Below, one piece after another: positions 28,655-32,934 of a stretch of 32,934 nt of DNA. The DNA lies in the NCBI GenBank assembly GCA_031417495.1, contig JANOVQ010000639.1:1-32934 (forward strand), written 5' to 3'. The DNA is from Pseudomonadota bacterium. GTDB lineage: Bacteria; Pseudomonadota; Gammaproteobacteria; Ga0077536. The notes beneath the pieces are model-generated. The model had not been told where the DNA came from. It saw nothing but the letters and a program-made list of their open reading frames with translations, and made no database searches. The stretch's first letter is position 1, and each line of letters starts with the position of its first letter. A program made the position numbers and the translations under genes.

Positions 28655-28702
28655 ACGGCCTCCCCGCTGGCCCCAACCTGCGGCCGCGCATAAGACTTCT
28701 CT

Positions 28703-28778
28703 GGCCAGGTAGCTCAGTTGGTAGAGCAGCGGATTGAAAATCCGCGTGTCGGCGGTTCGATTCCGCCCCTGGCCACCA
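28703..28778 (+). tRNA. tRNA-Phe (GAA)
   Basis: 76-nt cloverleaf: GGCCAGG/CCTGGCC acceptor stem, D-arm AGCTCAGTTGGTAGAGC, anticodon loop TTGAAAA, T-loop TTCGATT, encoded CCA. Confidence 0.98.
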
Positions 28779-28808
28779 AAAAATTCTATTTAAGTCATCG
28801 TCTTACGA

Positions 28809-28826
28809 CGCTCAAAAAAATGAGCG
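28809..28826. terminator. Short hairpin downstream of the tRNA
   Basis: CGCTCA-aaaaaa-TGAGCG; no immediate U-tract. Confidence 0.35.
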
Positions 28827-28844
28827 GCGAAGTTTTGATCACCG

Positions 28845-28866
28845 ATGTTTCCAAAATGTTTCCAAA
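28845..28866. repeat. 11-bp perfect tandem direct repeat, possible integrase arm-type sites
   Basis: ATGTTTCCAAA twice, about 70 nt from the tRNA 3' end. Confidence 0.6.
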
Positions 28867-29144
28867 ACAGTTGGAGCACTGGGATCGTTGCGCTCACTTT
28901 TTTCCAAATTCGGGCCGGATTCGAAGCGCTGAACGACCACGGTTGTGTGCTTCGCGCGAAGCTGTTTCGTGGCGCGGTTCAGATCCTCATCGTTGAGGAA
29001 GTGATGGAGGGATCGACATATCGACGCTGCCAATTTCGTGATCGATTTCTCGATAGGACACGTTCCTCAGGTTCGTTGATTTGGGGTGCCTTTCAACAAC
29101 TCTGACCCCGTGATCCGGATCCGTGCGATCGGAAACGACCCGCG

Positions 29145-29786
29145 TCAGTCGCGATCCGGCGCGCCGCCAGGGAACAAATTACGATAGGGTCGGGCGCCAT
29201 CGACTGCGCGGGCAACCGAGGGGTAGGCGATCAGGCGGGCGCGATAGGTTTTGAGCCTGCCGAGCGCATCCGGGATGGGGTGCACCCAGTCGGCATAGAA
29301 CAGCGCCGGCGCAGCGGCGCAATCGGCCATCGTGAAGCGGTCGCCCACCGCCCATTCGTTGCCGAGATTGGCATCGAGCCACGCATAACTTTTGTCGAGG
29401 ATCGCGCGGCCCTTTGTCGTTTCGGACTCAGGGGCTCGGCCGAGCAAAACATCAACTAAGCCCTGCATCGTGTTCATCACATAGTTGTCAAACAGCCGGT
29501 CGAGCATCCGCACCTCGACGCCCAATTGTCCCGCGGGGATCAATCGCGGCGCCGGCGCGACGACCTCCAAATATTCGATGATCGCCGAGGCTTCGAAGAT
29601 GCTGCGCTCACCGTCCGCCAACAGCGGAAATTTCCCGGTAGGCGAGCGCCGTCCGAATTCCGCGCCATTGTCCGGATGCTCGGCATCAAGCATCCGGAAT
29701 TCGAACGGTAGGTCTTTTTCCCAAAGCGAAATCAACGCCTTCCACGTGTAAGACGAGAAAGGATGGCCGAAGAGTTCGAGCGCCAT
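29145..29786 (-). CDS. Glutathione S-transferase
   Basis: GHPFSSYTWK, PTGKFPLL, EASAIIEYL and FTMADCAAAPAL. Confidence 0.93.
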   Translation of the reverse strand: MALELFGHPFSSYTWKALISLWEKDLPFEFRMLDAEHPDNGAEFGRRSPTGKFPLLADGERSIFEASAIIEYLEVVAPAPRLIPAGQLGVEVRMLDRLFDNYVMNTMQGLVDVLLGRAPESETTKGRAILDKSYAWLDANLGNEWAVGDRFTMADCAAAPALFYADWVHPIPDALGRLKTYRARLIAYPSVARAVDGARPYRNLFPGGAPDRD

Positions 29787-29790
29787 CGCC

Positions 29791-30267
29791 TCAGCTTCGT
29801 ACCGCTGCCTCGATCGCGGCGACGTCGATTTTCTTCATCGTCATCATCGCTTCGAAGGCGCGTTTGGCAACATCACCGCCCTTGGACATCGCGTCGGTCA
29901 GGACGCGCGGGGTAATCTGCCAGTTGAGACCCCATTTGTCCTTGCACCAGCCGCACGCGCTTGCCGCGCCGCCGGCGCTGACGATTGCGCTCCAGTAACG
30001 GTCGGTTTCCGCCTGATCGTCGGTGGCGATCTGGGAAGAGAACGCTCCCGACTGCGGAAAGATCGGCCGACCATTCAAGCCGATACAGGGCACGCCGCAG
30101 ACGGTGAATTCGACCGTCAACACGTCGCCCTTTTTGCCGCCAGGAAAGTCGCTTGGCGCGCGGTGGACGGCGCCGACGGCGCTGTCCGGGAAAGTTTCGG
30201 TGTAGAAGCGGGCGGCCGCTTCGGCGTCTTTGTCATACCAGAGGCAGATCGTGTTTTTGTTTACCAT
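29791..30267 (-). CDS. VOC family protein (PhnB / 3-demethylubiquinone-9 3-methyltransferase-like)
   Basis: ICLWYDKDAEAAARFY, CGWCKDKWGLNWQITP and MKKIDVA; AGGAG RBS. Confidence 0.9.
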   Translation of the reverse strand: MVNKNTICLWYDKDAEAAARFYTETFPDSAVGAVHRAPSDFPGGKKGDVLTVEFTVCGVPCIGLNGRPIFPQSGAFSSQIATDDQAETDRYWSAIVSAGGAASACGWCKDKWGLNWQITPRVLTDAMSKGGDVAKRAFEAMMTMKKIDVAAIEAAVRS

Positions 30268-30437
30268 TTCAGTGACTCCTTTCGCCCATGAGTGGTAACG
30301 CCGCGCTCCGCGAGTTGACTTGTAGGAATGAATGTTGAGACCACTTGTAATAATTTCTGCCCACCGGTTAAGCGATTGTCGTCGAGTGCGGCGCGTAGCT
30401 TCGAACCTAAACCTGGCACCGTATTCCGGACGTTAGC

Positions 30438-32078
30438 TCACGCCACAGCGAACTCGGCATAGCCGCCCTCCCGCGCGTCTATGCATTCCTTGCGGTAATT
30501 GCCCGCACCGCCGAAGTAGAACAGCACTACGCGCGGCTTACCCGGGATATTGCCGCCCATGAACCACGAGCCGGGAGACTTGGGCAGGACAGTCATATCG
30601 ACCAGCTCCTTCATGTGCGCGCCCCAGTCAGCCACTGCTGCGGGGGTGGGTTCCATTGTCCTGCGGCCGTTATCGCGTAGGTAGCCGATGGCGTGCCCAA
30701 TCCAGTCGACGCAGCCGTCGATGATCACGGGAATGTTGGCAAACGGGCTCTGCGGCCCGCCGACGAGAAACATGTTCGGAAAGCCGTCCACGGTCATGCC
30801 GAGATGCGTACGCGGACCTTCGCGCCAGCGCTCGGTCAGCGACACTCCACCGCGTCCGCGGATATCGATACGCAGCAACGTGCCGGTGACGGCGTCGAAG
30901 CCGGTGGCGAAGACGATCACGTCGGCCGGATACTCGGTGTTACCGACATTAACGCCGTTGGCAGTGAGCCCCGTGATCGGCGTCTTGCTCACGTCGATGA
31001 GCTTCACGTTCTCGCGATTGAAAGTTTCATAATAGAAATGACCTAGCGGAGGCCGTTTCGCGCCAAGCGGATAATCCTGCGGACATAGCAATTCGGCGGT
31101 TGCGGGATCTTTCACGATCGCGCGAATCTTGTTGCGTACAAATTTCGAGGCTACTTCGTTCGCGGCGTCGTTCGTGAAGAGATCGTCGAAGGTTTCGAAC
31201 AGGAAGCGGAAAGTACCGACTTCCCAGCCTCGTTCGAGAATGCGCTGGCATTCCGCGGCCGACACATCGGCGAGGTTGCGCCCGGCATCATCGAAATCGA
31301 AGCCAAAAGCCTGCTCGCGCGTGCGCGCCCAGATCCGGTCGTAGTTGCGGCGGATTGCTTCGCGTTGATAGTCGTTCATCGGTGCGTTGCGCGCGGGGAG
31401 TACGTAATTGGGGGTGCGTTGCAAGACCGTCAGCGAGGCGGCCGTCTCGGCGACGACTGGAATGAGTTGAACGGCGGTGGCGCCGGTGCCGATCACGACC
31501 ACACGCTTGCCGGTGAAGTTGACCGGCTCATGCGGCCAGTTACCCGTGAGATACCACTCGCCGCGAAAGTGTTCGAAGCCGGGAAAGTTCGGCTTGTAGG
31601 GCGTCGACAACGGGCCCGTGGCCGGAATCAAATACGTAGCCGTCAAGCGCTGACCATTATCGGTGGTGACCGTCCAGCGGTTAGCCGTGTCATCGTAATG
31701 CGCGCCGGTGACGCGCGTATTGAACTGAATATCGCGGCGCATATCGCAAAAGTCCGCGACATAGCGCAGGTAAGCCAGGGATTCGTCCCAACCCGGGAAG
31801 CGCTCGGTCCACTTCCAATTGTCCTGAATCTCCTTCGAGAAGGAGTAGGCATAGAGCCAGGCCTCGCTATCAGTTCGCGCCCCCGGATAGCGGTTGTAGT
31901 ACCAGGTACCACCCACCTCGGAACCCGCTTCAATGACGCGTGCACTTAAACCTAGCTCACGCAGCTCATGCAGCATGCGCAGGCCACCGAATCCCGCGCC
32001 GATGACAATGGCATCGTAGTCGCCGCGCGCGCCTTGGGCATCGCGAGAAGCTTGGTTGTTGTCGCTGACTTGCTGCAT
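30438..32078 (-). CDS. Type I Baeyer-Villiger (cyclohexanone-type) monooxygenase
   Basis: Rossmann motifs GAGFGG and GTGATA; GGTWYYNRYPGARTD, KRPP and ATGFDA; AGGAG RBS before ATG 32078. Confidence 0.92.
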   Translation of the reverse strand: MQQVSDNNQASRDAQGARGDYDAIVIGAGFGGLRMLHELRELGLSARVIEAGSEVGGTWYYNRYPGARTDSEAWLYAYSFSKEIQDNWKWTERFPGWDESLAYLRYVADFCDMRRDIQFNTRVTGAHYDDTANRWTVTTDNGQRLTATYLIPATGPLSTPYKPNFPGFEHFRGEWYLTGNWPHEPVNFTGKRVVVIGTGATAVQLIPVVAETAASLTVLQRTPNYVLPARNAPMNDYQREAIRRNYDRIWARTREQAFGFDFDDAGRNLADVSAAECQRILERGWEVGTFRFLFETFDDLFTNDAANEVASKFVRNKIRAIVKDPATAELLCPQDYPLGAKRPPLGHFYYETFNRENVKLIDVSKTPITGLTANGVNVGNTEYPADVIVFATGFDAVTGTLLRIDIRGRGGVSLTERWREGPRTHLGMTVDGFPNMFLVGGPQSPFANIPVIIDGCVDWIGHAIGYLRDNGRRTMEPTPAAVADWGAHMKELVDMTVLPKSPGSWFMGGNIPGKPRVVLFYFGGAGNYRKECIDAREGGYAEFAVA

Positions 32079-32109
32079 GCTGAATTCTCCTGCGTGTAGA
32101 TAAAGGTGC

Positions 32110-32390
32110 CTGTTCCCGGGCGCCGCTGTCTCAGTTCGCGCGAGTTCACCCGGGGCATCGCTTCGATAGGTCAATTCTACGCGATGTCCGTTCGGATCGA
32201 AGAAATAGATCGGCTGCACGAAACCGTGATCGCGAGGGCCGATGAAGTCAACACTGTGCGCGCTTAGCCGCGCCATGAACGCCTGCTGTGCCGCTTAACC
32301 ATCGACTTCGAGCGCGAGATGCTGGACCCATGGCAGCTTCAGTCGGCAACTCGAAGAAGGCGACATAGCTGCCGTCACCGAGTTCGAGGA
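32110..32390 (-). pseudogene. VOC/glyoxalase pseudogene
   Basis: ELGDGSYVAFFELP in one frame; WVQHLALEV...DHGFVQPIYFFDPNGHRVEL in another; frameshift near 32330; in-frame TAA at 32295-32297; N-terminus absent. Boundaries approximate. Confidence 0.8.
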
Positions 32391-32400
32391 GAGTCTCCCG

Positions 32401-32613
32401 ATGGCGCCATCCGATCGCGAAGTGCTTCAGAACCATCTCGCCAAGTATTGCTTTGCGGTAGATAGAGATTCCGCGGAGGAAATTGCCGCGTTGTTCTGGC
32501 CCGACGCTCGTCTTGAGTTCAACGGCACTCATACAGGCTTCGAGGAAATTCGCCTGTGTTACGCCGATTGGATCCAAAAGATGCGCGGCCTATACGACGT
32601 TGAGCGCCGATGA
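32401..32613 (+). pseudogene. Truncated SnoaL/NTF2-like gene
   Basis: GAGGAG RBS; DREVLQNHLAKYCFAVDRD...LFWPDA...G.EEI is an NTF2-like N-terminal half; the ORF ends after 70 aa. Confidence 0.65.
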
Positions 32614-32934
32614 GTCAATCCAATCATCTGGAACCATTCTGCGTCGGCAACATCGCAGCCGCAGTTCCTGTGGTCGTTGTTTTCTCTCATTGACTAACCG
32701 CCGAAAGCTCCCGTTGCACCCTGCGTCATGATCGGCGAGGAGGCGGCAGACATAAGCAAACAAGACCTAATCGTTGACAGGAGCATCAACCGTCGGCGCG
32801 GCCTTGGCGGATAAAACATCACTATCCTTCAGCGCGCCCGCGACCAGGGGACTAGGCTCTAAATAGCGGAGCGGAAATACCGGCCACGCCAAAAGCCGCA
32901 GGAAGAGGAGACTGGCCGCAGCGTGCCTCCTGCG

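Larger units (their letters stand above)
28779..32934. mobile_element. Degraded genomic island at tRNA-Phe (right end not visible)
   Basis: Core genes stop at the tRNA; what follows is att-like repeats, detox/catabolic genes and gene fragments. No intact integrase seen. Confidence 0.55.

Noticed and set aside
28718-28996. 92-aa ORF starting MVEQRIENPRV
   Set aside because: Translation through the tRNA-Phe gene.
29100-29109. CTCTGACCCC motif reminiscent of transposase-associated short repeats
   Set aside because: Single copy, with no partner repeat or transposase in the window.
30438-32276. 612-aa VOC-BVMO fusion as a real protein
   Set aside because: The VOC part is a pseudogene fragment, and the BVMO has its own RBS and ATG at 32078.
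32767-32934. Open minus-strand frame entering from the right edge
   Set aside because: About 55 codons with no recognisable motif; cannot be called without flanking sequence.
1-32934. CRISPR array, riboswitch, rRNA, intact IS or anti-phage defence operon
   Set aside because: No regularly spaced DNA repeats or recognisable motifs seen by eye. The TerB, kinase and helicase-nuclease genes fit housekeeping context rather than a defence island. An Rfam/Infernal scan of 4830-5200 and 1930-2150 would be needed to exclude ncRNAs.

Overview
GC-rich chromosomal window, most likely from a gammaproteobacterium, inferred from rsd/algQ, algZ-algR-argH, asmA-mutY-yggX-tRNA-Phe and a Xanthomonadales-like DksA. 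Positions 1-28.8 kb are mostly core or semi-core genes: a SoxH-like metallo-beta-lactamase, an HD-domain protein, a GT-C glycosyltransferase, two monoheme cytochromes c, dksA with a histone-H1-like N-terminus, a REC-PAS-LuxR regulator, a PEP-CTERM-type protein, an AddAB-type helicase/nuclease, a Ser/Thr kinase, rsd, a TerB protein, rsmE, algR/algZ, argH, a very long AsmA, an exported START-domain protein, mutY, yggX, a DUF2182/DUF1326 pair and tRNA-Phe(GAA). Downstream of the tRNA is a decaying accessory island with att-like repeats, a possible integrase remnant, GST, a PhnB-type VOC protein, a Baeyer-Villiger monooxygenase, and VOC and SnoaL gene fragments. The best candidate for an undescribed system is the 1148-aa AsmA bridge-type lipid-transfer protein, lengthened by ~89-aa tandem repeats and followed immediately by a signal-peptide-bearing START-fold protein. 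Other candidates are the DUF1326/DUF2182 metal-binding pair and the H1-like DksA fusion. No CRISPR array, rRNA or intact transposase was seen. All family calls come from motif recognition by eye; no searches were run.
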